Positions 1 to 9,988 of a stretch of 64,000 nucleotides of DNA are shown piece by piece. The stretch's first letter is position 1; every line of letters starts with the position of its first letter. The DNA is from Bdellovibrionales bacterium (lineage in GTDB: Bacteria; Bdellovibrionota; Bdellovibrionia; Bdellovibrionales; CAYMLA01), in NCBI GenBank assembly GCA_965217115.1, contig OZ244239.1, forward strand, positions 416,001 through 480,000, in the 5' to 3' direction. The notes beneath the pieces are model-generated. The model searched no databases and was not told the origin of the DNA. It saw nothing but the letters and a program-made list of their open reading frames with translations. The translations under genes were made by a program, and so were the position numbers.

Positions 1-326
1 TCTTCACCTGAAAAACTTTTAACAGGAACCAGAGACGTCTCCGGTCGACCATCTTTGTACAAAGACTTGGATTTGGGGTCTCTATTTAAATCAATCACAT
101 ACCGACTGTAATTTGCTTTTATCAGAGTGATTCCCAAACTTGAAACAAACCCATCATATAACTGATCCACAAACCAATCCGTATCTTCAGGATGATTGAC
201 AACGCCCTCTCCATAGGAAGACTCCATCCCAGGGGGAAACATCGTTCCGCTATGGGGACTACTGATGAGAATAGGAACTCTCTTCTCTTTTTCTGGAGCA
301 TTGACTTCAAAAACAGCATTCTTCAT
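1..326 (-). CDS. hutG: N-formylglutamate amidohydrolase, 5' part (runs off the window edge)
   Basis: Not in the ORF track. Manual translation from ATG at 326 gives MKNAVFEVNAPEKEKRVPILISSPHSGT...EDTDWFVDQLY...ANYSRYVIDLNRDP, the FGase family motifs. Confidence 0.85.
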   Translation of the reverse strand, partial: MKNAVFEVNAPEKEKRVPILISSPHSGTMFPPGMESSYGEGVVNHPEDTDWFVDQLYDGFVSSLGITLIKANYSRYVIDLNRDPKSKSLYKDGRPETSLVPVKSFSGE

Positions 327-379
327 TCCGAACAAATACCTTATATTCCTAAATATTTAAATCTAATTTTACCATTTTT

Positions 380-970
380 TCCCCCAAATCCCTTCTCTCT
401 CTCCCCCTAACCCCTTTTTCTCTCTCCCCCAAATCCCTTCTCTCTCCCCCAATCCCTTCTCTCTCCCCCAATCCCTTCTCTCTCCCCCAATCCCTTCTCT
501 CTCCCCCAATCCCTTCTCTCTCCCCAAATCCCTTCTCTCCCCTAAATCCCTTCTCTCTCCCAAATCCCTTCTCTCTCCTAAATCCCTTCTCTCTCCTAAA
601 TCCCTTCTCTCTCCTAAATCCCTTTCTCTCCCCTAAACCCTTTCTCTCCCCTAAACCCTTTCTCTCCCCCAAATCCCTTCTTTCCCCCAAATCCCTTCTT
701 TCCCCTAAATCCCTTTCTCTCCCCTAAACCCTTTCTCTCCCCCAAATCCCTTCTTTCCCCCAAATCCCTTCTTTCCCCTAAATCCCTTTCTCTCCCCTAA
801 ATCCCTTCTCTCCCCTAAATCCCTTCTCTCTCCCAAATCCCTTCTTTCCCCTAAATCCCTTCTTTCCCCTAAATCCCTTCTCCCCTCTAAATCCCTTCTT
901 TCCCCTAAATCCCTTCTCTCCCCTAAACCCCTTTTTCTCCCCCCCCCCTTCCCCCCCTTAAATCCCCCAC
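380..970. repeat. Polypyrimidine/polypurine tandem array, unit about 19-21 nt (CCCCAAATCCCTTCTCTCT-like), roughly 28-30 copies
   Basis: Directly visible; essentially no G on the + strand; abuts the hairpin element at 983. Confidence 0.95.
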
Positions 971-982
971 CAAAAAACACAC

Positions 983-1128
983 GCCTTAAACCAGTGTGCC
1001 TTTTAAATAGAACCCTATCCCCAAGCGCAGTTCTTTTGGCGCGATGCTCGCAAAGCGAGCGCCGCAGCCGAAAGCATGTTTGAGCATTGGGGATAGGGTT
1101 CTATTTAAAAGGCACACTGGTTTAAGGC
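983..1128. repeat. Long-hairpin element copy A
   Basis: Perfect 42-bp inverted repeat (983-1024 / 1087-1128) around the core GCGCAGTTC...GCGATGCTCGC-AAA-GCGAGCGCCGC...ATGTTTGAGC. Confidence 0.9.
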
Positions 1129-1218
1129 ACACTGAGATTTAAGCCACCACAACTCAATTAATTAATTAATTAATTACTCAATCATCATCAATCAATTAAT
1201 TAATCACCCAATCCCACC

Positions 1219-2277
1219 CTAAGCCTTAACTCTCCAATACTGCTCTTCTATTCCCATAGAAAAAACAAGAGGATCACTCCCCTTCTGTCGATCTACAAAA
1301 TCAGATTTCCCCTTTATCCCCGCCCATTCCAAGTCCACCAGCACCTGCCCGATAACACCTCCGAGGGAGTTTCCTGGCCCTAAAATAATAACACAATCTG
1401 GATTGTACTCTTTAAGCCCCTTGGTGATGGCTTGGGTAAAATCATAGGGCTTATAAACTTGATGCCCCAGAGTGTAATCGTAAATAGCTTGGCCGCCAGA
1501 GCGATTCGATAGATAAAACTTCCACACATACCCTCGCCCATCTATAAGGTCACAGTCGCGATCAGGGGGGCCAAAAGACTCCACCCGAAGAGATGCAAAG
1601 GCCTTCTCTGAAACTTCCCGTAGCAAAGACGTGTGAAAAGCACCGTGATTAATTAATTGCAAAGGGTAGTTCTCGTTCTTAGGGAGATTTTTAAGAAGAA
1701 ACCCCATTCCCTCTTTGTCGGCACCGATAACAACGTATCCCCCTAGGAAAATCGAGATCTCAGCAAAACCAGATGTTCTATTGGCTTCTTCAATTAATTT
1801 AAGAACCTCTTCCCTCTTCTCTTCTTGGAGTTTCCAGTTTTCATCGACTAAGGGGTAAATAAGTTGACCACCAATAAGGCGCTCTTTCATCATCGACCCC
1901 ATCGTCTCAATCACTTCAAAACCCGCCATCGGATTAAGAACTTTTGCCAGGACACAGGCGCTGTACCAACCCATCGAGTTTCCAGTGATCGCCACTGGTT
2001 CGTACTTCTTAAAATTAATCTGTGAGTAATCAGCATAGGAGCAGGCGTAAATCAGAGAAGATGCATGTTCACCCTTGGTGTGTAGAGAGGGTTTGAATTT
2101 CTCCATTGAATCCAGTTCCGTGATCTTAGGTCTGCCGAGGTCCTGTCTCTTCCTATCAATCTCTTCTAAGAGAGATGTCACCTTCTGTCCCCGTCTCTGT
2201 AGATAACCTAAGGACTCCTTGGTGTAGGACCCCCGTCCTGGGCAAACAATCAGGGCTCGTTTTTTATTATCACTCAT
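1219..2277 (-). CDS. ACP S-malonyltransferase (FabD)-like acyltransferase
   Basis: CPGRG N-terminal motif, GNSMG nucleophile elbow, AFHT motif; 4-bp overlap with the E1 gene. Confidence 0.75.
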   Translation of the reverse strand: MSDNKKRALIVCPGRGSYTKESLGYLQRRGQKVTSLLEEIDRKRQDLGRPKITELDSMEKFKPSLHTKGEHASSLIYACSYADYSQINFKKYEPVAITGNSMGWYSACVLAKVLNPMAGFEVIETMGSMMKERLIGGQLIYPLVDENWKLQEEKREEVLKLIEEANRTSGFAEISIFLGGYVVIGADKEGMGFLLKNLPKNENYPLQLINHGAFHTSLLREVSEKAFASLRVESFGPPDRDCDLIDGRGYVWKFYLSNRSGGQAIYDYTLGHQVYKPYDFTQAITKGLKEYNPDCVIILGPGNSLGGVIGQVLVDLEWAGIKGKSDFVDRQKGSDPLVFSMGIEEQYWRVKA

Positions 2278-4538
2278 CTCTCTTCTCTCATTAGTTTTTT
2301 TGCTTTTAAGACAATAGACTCACAGCTTGGCAAACCCTTTGTGGCCGCAACCCCTAAAGGGATTAAACAATCATAACCCACATCCACCTCTATTTTTGGT
2401 TGTGTCGGTAATTTCCTCACAATAAAGGATGTTATCTCCTCGTGAATTCCCCCGCCCGTTTCACGACACTCATCCACAATCAAGATGTTCTTGGCTGACT
2501 GTATTTCTGATTTTAATTGCTCTTTATTATAATCTTTTAACCAGCGAAGGTTCAGTATTTTTATCGAGAAGCCCTCTTGATCTCTTAAAATTTTGGCTGC
2601 CTTATGGGAGAGATAATTCCCGTTGCCATAGGTGATGATTGTTAGGTCGTCTTCCTCTCTCTGACTCTCTCTCTGACTATAATCTTTACAAACTTCTATC
2701 TCTCCTAAAGGAATTTCATTTTCTAAATCTGGGTACTCGAAACTCCAAAGTTTATCATCCTCGTCGTGAAGATCGCGAATCATGTAGAGGGCAATGGGTT
2801 CTAAGAAAACACTGACTCTGCCCTTCTCATGGGCCACGCGCACACAGGTCCTCAACATCTCAGCCGCCTCTCTTCCATTGCTGGGACAAGCTAATATCAA
2901 CCCCGGAATATCACGGAGGACTGCAAAGGAGTTGTCATTGTGAAAGTGTCCCCCAAAACCTTTTTGATAGGCCAAACCTGCAACACGAATCACCATCGGA
3001 TTTGTGTACAAACCTTGGGAGAAAAAAGGCAGGGTCGCCGCCTCTCCACGAATCTGATCTTCGGCGTTGTGGATATAAGCTAAGAACTGAATTTCAGGGA
3101 TGGGAACAAAACCGTTATGGGCCATTCCCATGGATACACCTAGAATAGATTGTTCATCTAATAGAGAATTCAAAACTCTCTTACCACCAAAGCGCTCCTG
3201 CAAGCCTTCGGTCACATGGTACACGCCGCCTTTTTTACCAACGTCCTCACCCAAGATCAGCGTGTTCTCATAGCGAAGCATTATATCGGTTAAGGCGTAG
3301 TTTATAAGCTTGGCCATGTGCATTTTCTGACCGAGGCGTTTAAACTCTCTCTGTGTAAAAACATTTTCCCTCTTTTTTTCTATCGGCTGTGGCGGGCTTA
3401 AACGGCGATGGGTGCAAGAGGTCAAAGACTCACTCACCTCTCCAATCGTCTCCAGCTTAGGTCTTCGTGTCTCGCCTTGGGTCACTCCCCGTGCCACCGC
3501 CTGAACTTGATGGCGTATTTTTTCATAGACAAAAACCAAATCTTCTTTTGAAATTAAATTGCCTTCTAAGGCGATCCGAGCCGAATGCAATAGCGGGTCA
3601 TCAAACTCCGTCTTTTCAATTTTTTCCATGGGACGATAACTCCCCTCTATGTCTGATCCCGCATGTCCTAAGAGGCGAACCGTTTTCATGTGCAAGAAAA
3701 CAGGTTGCTTTCTTTGACGAGCGATTTGTAATGCTTTGATGCCCTTCTCTGTGCAATCATTGATGTTCAAACCATCACAGGCGATGTAATGTAAACTGGG
3801 TCTATTTTTAAAAGATTCTTGAATCCAATCTCTCGGAGTCGGAACAGAAATCCCCACTCCATTGTCCTCACAAATAAACACAATCGGCAGGGGAAGGCCT
3901 TGATAGGCTATCCAACTGGCTGTGTTGATCGCGCCTTGAGCCGTTGAGTGATTGGCCGAAGCATCGCCGAAGTTACACACAATAACACTGTCATTAGAAA
4001 GTGACCTATCCCCTATTGATAGATCATTGGCCCTAACAATGGAAAACGCGGCCCCCACGGACTTGGGCAAATGGGAGGCAATCGTGCTTGTCTGGGGAGG
4101 AGTGAAAAAACGCTCACTGCCAAAAACCTTATGCCGTCCTCCAGAGATGGGATCATCCGCCGAAGCCGTCAAGGACAGGCAGATATCATAAATCGGAGTG
4201 CTGTCAGCCAAATGCTTCTGACGCTGAATAAAAAAAGCTCCGCTGCGATAGTGGAGGAAAGCCATATCTGTGTGACGGAATATCCGACCAAAAGCTGCGT
4301 TGCCCTCATGGCCTGAGCTTCCTATGGTGTAAAAGCACTCACCCCCACTCTTGAGTTGACGGGCGACAATATCCAAGTGACGGCTTATCATTTGAGTCTC
4401 AAACAGGTCCATGAAATCATCGCCACTCAAAGCGCTCTCTTTTAGACCTGTATTGCTCTTCGCAGAGGGAAGCCTTCCCCCACGGACAAACTCCGTGAAA
4501 TTTTTATCGACAACCGCCGCTCGATTAAACACATCCAT
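2274..4538 (-). CDS. Fused alpha/beta E1 component of a 2-oxoacid dehydrogenase (TPP-dependent)
   Basis: GDAS...N TPP motif, RLLGHAGSD, GEDVGKKGGV, EIQFLAY, GGHFHN. Confidence 0.9.
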   Translation of the reverse strand: MDVFNRAAVVDKNFTEFVRGGRLPSAKSNTGLKESALSGDDFMDLFETQMISRHLDIVARQLKSGGECFYTIGSSGHEGNAAFGRIFRHTDMAFLHYRSGAFFIQRQKHLADSTPIYDICLSLTASADDPISGGRHKVFGSERFFTPPQTSTIASHLPKSVGAAFSIVRANDLSIGDRSLSNDSVIVCNFGDASANHSTAQGAINTASWIAYQGLPLPIVFICEDNGVGISVPTPRDWIQESFKNRPSLHYIACDGLNINDCTEKGIKALQIARQRKQPVFLHMKTVRLLGHAGSDIEGSYRPMEKIEKTEFDDPLLHSARIALEGNLISKEDLVFVYEKIRHQVQAVARGVTQGETRRPKLETIGEVSESLTSCTHRRLSPPQPIEKKRENVFTQREFKRLGQKMHMAKLINYALTDIMLRYENTLILGEDVGKKGGVYHVTEGLQERFGGKRVLNSLLDEQSILGVSMGMAHNGFVPIPEIQFLAYIHNAEDQIRGEAATLPFFSQGLYTNPMVIRVAGLAYQKGFGGHFHNDNSFAVLRDIPGLILACPSNGREAAEMLRTCVRVAHEKGRVSVFLEPIALYMIRDLHDEDDKLWSFEYPDLENEIPLGEIEVCKDYSQRESQREEDDLTIITYGNGNYLSHKAAKILRDQEGFSIKILNLRWLKDYNKEQLKSEIQSAKNILIVDECRETGGGIHEEITSFIVRKLPTQPKIEVDVGYDCLIPLGVAATKGLPSCESIVLKAKKLMREER

Positions 4539-4622
4539 GGCGAAAATTATCCTCCATCACTGTAGCCCAGACAACCAAAAATATAATGACCATTGAGTGT
4601 GTTTTTGTGGTACTGTCTCCCC

Positions 4623-5204
4623 ATGAAAATCAATCTCAATGAAATATCTGAAGAAGGCGTCCATTTCTGTCTCACTAGAGAGAGTGGTGAGCTTGGAACG
4701 TCCCTCACTGATTTAATTTCTACAAAGCCCTATCGATTTAAGGCCCATCTGAGAAGTATCGGCTGTGGGAGCTATCAACTCATCGGAACCATGGAGACCT
4801 CTCTAGAGACTGTTTGCTCCAGATGTGGGCAAGAGACCACCCACTCTCTAAATACAAAATTTAATGACCTCCTTCTCAATAAAAATCTTGATAGCCCCTC
4901 TGACCAGTCTTCTCCCACTGGAGAGACACAGGGAAAGTCCACTGGCCAGCCCCTAGAGATAGATAGCTCTGCTCTAGATGTCTCCTATTATGAAGAAAAT
5001 CACATCTTCTGTCTGGGAGCGTTTGCCCATGAAGTCATCGCGTTATCAGAACCCTATAAAATCTACTGCGACGACTGCTTGGAGCCTGGTGCAGATTTGA
5101 GTCAGCCTGTCTACACGGACCCCGCTGGAAAAGCCGATCCTGATTTTGACAAAAGAAATTCCCCTTTCTCCGCCCTAAAAGATCTCAATCTGGACGGGAA
5201 ATAG
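4623..5204 (+). CDS. yceD: YceD/DUF177 family protein
   Basis: CSRC and CDDC motifs, SPFSALKDL tail, immediately upstream of rpmF; start taken at ATG 4623. Confidence 0.85.
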   Translation: MKINLNEISEEGVHFCLTRESGELGTSLTDLISTKPYRFKAHLRSIGCGSYQLIGTMETSLETVCSRCGQETTHSLNTKFNDLLLNKNLDSPSDQSSPTGETQGKSTGQPLEIDSSALDVSYYEENHIFCLGAFAHEVIALSEPYKIYCDDCLEPGADLSQPVYTDPAGKADPDFDKRNSPFSALKDLNLDGK

Positions 5205-5270
5205 GAGATAAAGGTTGATTTATTCTTATTTTAAGATAACTTCTCTGAGTTAAATTAAAACGAGGTAACA

Positions 5271-5453
5271 ATGCCACAGCCAAAAAGTAGAATAACACGT
5301 TCAAGAAGGGGTATGAGACGCTCCCATGATGGAATCTCTGCTGGAGCTTCTGTTAATTGCCCCAACTGTGGCGCTGTCGCCAGACCCCACAGAGTTTGTG
5401 GCAGTTGTGGACACTACAAGGGTCGAGAAATCATCACCCAAAAAGATTCATAG
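5271..5453 (+). CDS. rpmF: 50S ribosomal protein L32
   Basis: MPQPKSRITRSRRGMRRSH, CPNCG...PHRVCGSCGHYKGR; GAGGT RBS. Confidence 0.97.
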   Translation: MPQPKSRITRSRRGMRRSHDGISAGASVNCPNCGAVARPHRVCGSCGHYKGREIITQKDS

Positions 5454-5466
5454 ACCACTTCTCTCC

Positions 5467-6387
5467 ATGGAAAAATTCCAAGATCCCGACTGGACAGCCA
5501 AAAATAGCCCACGCGCTTCAGTCCAACCCCGTTCTCTGCAAACCCTCTGGTTTAATACAGGCACGCTGTGTAATCTCCAATGCGAGAACTGCTACATAGA
5601 ATCCAGCCCCAAGAATGATCGCTTCACCTATATAACCACAAGTGAGGTCGAGACATATCTCCAAGAGGCCGAAACTGAAAACATGGCCCCCCAAGAAATC
5701 GCCTTCACGGGCGGAGAACCTTTTATGAACCCGGAGTTTATCCAGACTCTCCACATCTGCCTCGAACGTGGTTATCAAGTTCTCGTTTTAACAAATGCCA
5801 TGAAGCCCATGGAAAAAAAGAAGTTGGAGTTATTGGAAATCCTCTCCCGATTTCCCACACAGCTCACGATACGAGTCTCCATGGACCATTACACCCAAGA
5901 ACTCCACGCCAAAGAGAGGGGGCCTAAGGCATGGCTGCCAGCCCTAAAAGGTCTCAAGTGGCTCTCTACAAATAAATTTCCCATCAGTGTTGCAGGTCGA
6001 ACTCTTTGGAATGAATCAGAGACGCAAATGCGTCAAGGGTATCGCGATCTTTTCACCCGAGAGGGGATCAACATTGATTCCTCCAATCCTGAGGCTCTTA
6101 TCCTCTTTCCTGAAATGGACGAAAATGTCGATGTCCCTGAAATCACCACAGAGTGCTGGGAACTTTTGAAATTAAACCCTGATGATATGATGTGTGCCTC
6201 TTCTAGAATGATCGTAAAGAGAAGAGACGCTCCCTCGCCATCGGTTGTCGCCTGCACGCTTCTTCCCTACGACGAACAATTTGATTTTGGACACAGTCTT
6301 AAGAAATCATGGAAAACTGTAAAACTTAACCATCCCCATTGCGCAAAATTCTGCGTTCTCGGCGGAGGCTCTTGTAGCCAAAACTAA
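5467..6387 (+). CDS. Radical SAM protein, ArsS-related (arsenosugar-cluster type)
   Basis: CNLQCENC (CxxxCxxC), FTGGEP, Cys-rich C-terminus HPHCAKFCVLGGGSC; adjacent to arsM. Start moved to ATG 5467 to avoid overlapping rpmF. Confidence 0.8.
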   Translation: MEKFQDPDWTAKNSPRASVQPRSLQTLWFNTGTLCNLQCENCYIESSPKNDRFTYITTSEVETYLQEAETENMAPQEIAFTGGEPFMNPEFIQTLHICLERGYQVLVLTNAMKPMEKKKLELLEILSRFPTQLTIRVSMDHYTQELHAKERGPKAWLPALKGLKWLSTNKFPISVAGRTLWNESETQMRQGYRDLFTREGINIDSSNPEALILFPEMDENVDVPEITTECWELLKLNPDDMMCASSRMIVKRRDAPSPSVVACTLLPYDEQFDFGHSLKKSWKTVKLNHPHCAKFCVLGGGSCSQN

Positions 6388-6401
6388 ACGAGGTCATACC
6401 T

Positions 6402-7442
6402 ATGCAAAACGAAATCATTGAAAATGTAAAAAACTACTACGGACAAACTCTCGACTCATCAGACGATCTCAAGACGAGTGCCTGTTGCGTGGAAGAAGAA
6501 ATCCCCTCCTACTTAAAGCCTATTCTAAAAGATATTCATGGCGAAGTGATGACCAAATTTTACGGATGTGGCTCTCCTATCCCCCTCGAACTTGAAGGCA
6601 GAACAGTCTTAGATCTTGGATCTGGATCAGGGCGTGACAGTTTTGTGATGTCAAAACTTGTCGGACCCAACGGGCGTGTTATCGGTGTTGATATGACCGA
6701 TGAACAACTGCAAGTGGCGGAAAAACATGTGACCTATCACACTGAAAAATTTGGCTACACGAAACCAAATGTCGAATTTCGTAAAGCCTATATCGAAGAT
6801 CTAAGAACCGCCAATATCGCCGATAACTCCATAGATGTCATAACATCTAATTGCGTGTTAAACCTCTCGACCAACAAAGAAAAAGTTTTTTCTGAAATTT
6901 TCCGTGTTCTTAAACCTGGTGGAGAACTTTATTTCTCAGATGTTTTCTCTGACAGACGTATTCCAGAAGAGTTAACCAAAGACCCTGTGCTTCACGGTGA
7001 ATGTCTCAGTGGCGCACTCTACAAGGAAGATTTCCGACGTCTCCTCGGCAAAATCGGATGTGCCGATGTGCGTGTAGATAAAGAACGTATTCTAGAAGTC
7101 ACAGATCCTGATATTCACCGTAAGATAGGCATGATTACTTTCTATTCAATGACGGTTCGTGCCTTTAAATTGGAACTCGAAGATCAGTGTGAAGATTACG
7201 GTCAAGTCGCCTACTATCAAGGAAGCATTGCAGGGAATTCCCACGAGTTTGCTCTCGACGATCACCATGTTTTCAAAACCAATCAACCCACACTTGTGTG
7301 TTCCAACACGGCTCGCATGCTCACTCAAACCCGCTACCAAAAACATTTCAAAGTTGTCGGAGATGAGTCCACACACTTTGGTCTCTTTGCCTGTAATACA
7401 GATTCACAGAGCCCCGATGAAACCACGACGGGTTGCTGCTGA
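6402..7442 (+). CDS. arsM: Arsenite S-adenosylmethionine methyltransferase (AS3MT-like)
   Basis: LKTSACC, FYGCG, VLDLGSGSGRD, IGVDMT, SNCVLNL, GECLSGAL, C-terminal CC. Confidence 0.9.
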   Translation: MQNEIIENVKNYYGQTLDSSDDLKTSACCVEEEIPSYLKPILKDIHGEVMTKFYGCGSPIPLELEGRTVLDLGSGSGRDSFVMSKLVGPNGRVIGVDMTDEQLQVAEKHVTYHTEKFGYTKPNVEFRKAYIEDLRTANIADNSIDVITSNCVLNLSTNKEKVFSEIFRVLKPGGELYFSDVFSDRRIPEELTKDPVLHGECLSGALYKEDFRRLLGKIGCADVRVDKERILEVTDPDIHRKIGMITFYSMTVRAFKLELEDQCEDYGQVAYYQGSIAGNSHEFALDDHHVFKTNQPTLVCSNTARMLTQTRYQKHFKVVGDESTHFGLFACNTDSQSPDETTTGCC

Positions 7443-8299
7443 TGAAGCCCATGTTTTTTTTCAGAGGGAGCTTCAGTTTTGCGCTCACCCTCTTTACAGC
7501 TATCGGTGTCTCTGCAACAAAGAAACTTGTTATTACAGGTTCTAGCACTGTGGCTCCCCTTGTGTCTGAGATTGCTAAATCCTTTGAGAAAAAACATCCT
7601 CAAACTCGCGTTGAAGTGCAGACAGGTGGTTCCACCCGTGGCCTTATAGAAGCCCGCCAAGGTGTTAACGACATTGGTATGATCTCTAGAAATTTAAAAA
7701 ACAATGAAAAGAATCTGGAGCAATACACTCTGGCAAAAGATGGCATTGCCATTATTGTCAACGCTCAGAATCCCATTGAGAGTCTCTCTAAGGCGCAAAT
7801 TAAAGGGATCTTCCAAAAGAGCACCAACTCTTGGAAAGATGTCGGTGGCCTTCCGTCGCCAATAACTGTTATCCATAAAGCCGAGGGGAGATCGACACTG
7901 GAACTCTTCTTAAATTTTTATCAACTCAAAAACAATCAGATAAAACCTGATATTATTATTGGCGATAACGAACAGGGAATTAAATCCATCGCTAACAATC
8001 CCAACGCCATTGGCTATGTCTCCATTGGAACCGCTGAATATCACATCAAACAGAAAGTCCCCATAAAAATGCTTCCCATGAACGGCGTTAGAGCGTCCAC
8101 GGAATCTCTGCGCCAAGGAATATATCCACTTTCACGAAATCTCAATTTAATCATTCAACGAAGCCCATCGAAAAGATCAGAGAAAAGATCAGAGAACATT
8201 TCAGAGAACTTAAAAGATCACTTTATCCAATTTGCCACCTCAAAGGATGTCCATGCTCTCATCCAGCAACAAGGCTTCATCCCCTACAAAAAAAATTGA
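7442..8299 (+). CDS. pstS: PstS-like ABC substrate-binding protein
   Basis: Signal peptide, ITGSSTV, TGGSTRG, DIGMISR, AKDGIAIIVN, YPLSRNL; TGATG overlap with arsM. Confidence 0.8.
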   Translation: MKPMFFFRGSFSFALTLFTAIGVSATKKLVITGSSTVAPLVSEIAKSFEKKHPQTRVEVQTGGSTRGLIEARQGVNDIGMISRNLKNNEKNLEQYTLAKDGIAIIVNAQNPIESLSKAQIKGIFQKSTNSWKDVGGLPSPITVIHKAEGRSTLELFLNFYQLKNNQIKPDIIIGDNEQGIKSIANNPNAIGYVSIGTAEYHIKQKVPIKMLPMNGVRASTESLRQGIYPLSRNLNLIIQRSPSKRSEKRSENISENLKDHFIQFATSKDVHALIQQQGFIPYKKN

Positions 8300-9131
8300 A
8301 ACATCCTTGTGGGGTTTTCTTACTCTAGGCACCATTGTCTCTGGTCTCTTGTCTCTTATGATTTTCACTTTTCTCTTCAAAGAGTCTATTCCTTTTATAA
8401 AATTCTTAAGCTCTTATGAGGGGATTTTATCACGCTCATGGTTTCCTCTGGAAGGAGAATTCAATTTTCTGCCCATCATCGTCGGCTCACTCCTGGCGAC
8501 AGTGGGGAGTTTTTTACTCACAGTTCCCCTGGGAGTTCTTCTTGCGCTCTTTCTTTGTTATTACTCTCCAAAAACTCTCACTAAAGTCCTCGAACCGTTC
8601 ATTGAAGTTTTTTCTGGACTGCCTTCAGTGGTCATTGGACTCTGGGGACTTGTTGTTCTGGTCCCCTACATTCTTCAGTGGACACCGCCTGGCGCCAGCC
8701 TTCTTGCCGCCATTGTTATTCTCAGTATCATGACCCTACCCACTGTAACACTCATCATTAAGAATCGCCTAGAGGCCATTCCTAGGGAACGCCTCATCAC
8801 AGCCCAAGCACTTGGGCTTCCTAAGACGACCACTCTTCTAAAAATATTTCTGCCAGAAGTTCGTTCAGGCATTATCAAGGCCTCCGTTCTTCAAGTGGGC
8901 CGGGCCATGGGAGAAACCATGGCCGTGCTTATGGTCTGTGGTAATATTCCGCAAATACCAAAGAGTCTGTTTGCCCCCATAAGAACTCTCACAACGAACA
9001 TCGCCCTAGAGATGTCCTATGCAACCGACATTCATCGTTCCAGTCTTTTCTTTAGTGGATTTATCTTGGCGATCATCGCAACTCTCTTAGCCCTTCTCGC
9101 CCATCGCTACCAAAAAGACGGGGTCCTATGA
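8232..9131 (+). CDS. pstC: Phosphate-type ABC permease PstC (start uncertain, possibly 8307)
   Basis: LPSVVIGLWG, GRAMGETMAVLMV. Confidence 0.88.
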   Translation: MPPQRMSMLSSSNKASSPTKKIETSLWGFLTLGTIVSGLLSLMIFTFLFKESIPFIKFLSSYEGILSRSWFPLEGEFNFLPIIVGSLLATVGSFLLTVPLGVLLALFLCYYSPKTLTKVLEPFIEVFSGLPSVVIGLWGLVVLVPYILQWTPPGASLLAAIVILSIMTLPTVTLIIKNRLEAIPRERLITAQALGLPKTTTLLKIFLPEVRSGIIKASVLQVGRAMGETMAVLMVCGNIPQIPKSLFAPIRTLTTNIALEMSYATDIHRSSLFFSGFILAIIATLLALLAHRYQKDGVL

Positions 9132-9988
9132 GTTTGATGTTATGGAAAAAAAATCTTCGCCGAACATTCAGCGATGGGCTGCTGCCAGCACTCACTGTCC
9201 TTGTTTTTCTTGCCGTTTTTTCAATCTATGGTCATATCCTCTGGGATATTTTCGCAATTGGCCTTAAGGGAATCTCGTGGGATTTTTTAAGTCAAGAAAC
9301 TCTCAATTCAGGAAAAGCGGGGGGAATCTTTCCCATCATTATCTCTACTCTATGGATTTTGTTAATCTGTATGCTTGCTTCCGTCCCCATTGGCTTAGGG
9401 ACTTCGATCATTCTTGCAAATATTTTCTCTTCTAAAAAACATCATTTTCTCACATCAACAGTCAGAGTCAGTCTTGATATCTTATCTGGATTGCCTTCCA
9501 TTGTTTTTGGACTTTTTGGCAACATCTTCTTTTGTAAAATTCTAGGCATGGGGTTCTCTATCATGTCTGGTGGGTTGACCCTTGCCTGTATGGTTCTGCC
9601 GATTTTTATTAAAATCTCAGAAGAGAGCCTGCGAAAGGTCCCCTCAGAATATCGCCTTGCAGGTTTAGCCTGTGGGCTTAGTCGTGTCTCCCTCTTGCGT
9701 CACATTGTTCTTCCAAACGCTTTATCTGGCATCACTGTCGGCTTCATCCTAAGTGTGGGAAGAGCGCTTGCCGAAACTGCCGCGCTGATCTTCACCAGTG
9801 GTTATGTCGATCGCATACCTGAGAGCGTTTGGGATTCTGGGCGAAGCGCTTCAGTTCACATTTACGATCTGTCCATGAATATTCCTGGAGGTAACCAAAA
9901 TGCCTATTCCACGGCACTTGTTCTTGTCTTTATTCTTATTTTCTTAAATAGTCTCGTTAAACTCATCACTAGAAGGTTCGCTCTATGA
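9128..9988 (+). CDS. pstA: Phosphate-type ABC permease PstA
   Basis: GGIFPIIIST, LPSIVFGLFG, GRALAETAALIFT. Confidence 0.88.
   Translation: MSLMLWKKNLRRTFSDGLLPALTVLVFLAVFSIYGHILWDIFAIGLKGISWDFLSQETLNSGKAGGIFPIIISTLWILLICMLASVPIGLGTSIILANIFSSKKHHFLTSTVRVSLDILSGLPSIVFGLFGNIFFCKILGMGFSIMSGGLTLACMVLPIFIKISEESLRKVPSEYRLAGLACGLSRVSLLRHIVLPNALSGITVGFILSVGRALAETAALIFTSGYVDRIPESVWDSGRSASVHIYDLSMNIPGGNQNAYSTALVLVFILIFLNSLVKLITRRFAL

Noticed and set aside
122..410. Track ORFs 122-319 (-) and 192-410 (+)
   Set aside because: Shadow frames of the real hutG reading frame (ATG 326).
349..980. ORFs with GERRDL/REKGF repeats
   Set aside because: Translations of the non-coding tandem array; open in several frames because the unit lacks stops.
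5326..5466. N-terminal extension of the radical SAM ORF overlapping rpmF
   Set aside because: Overlaps a conserved ribosomal protein gene; ATG 5467 is the more plausible start.
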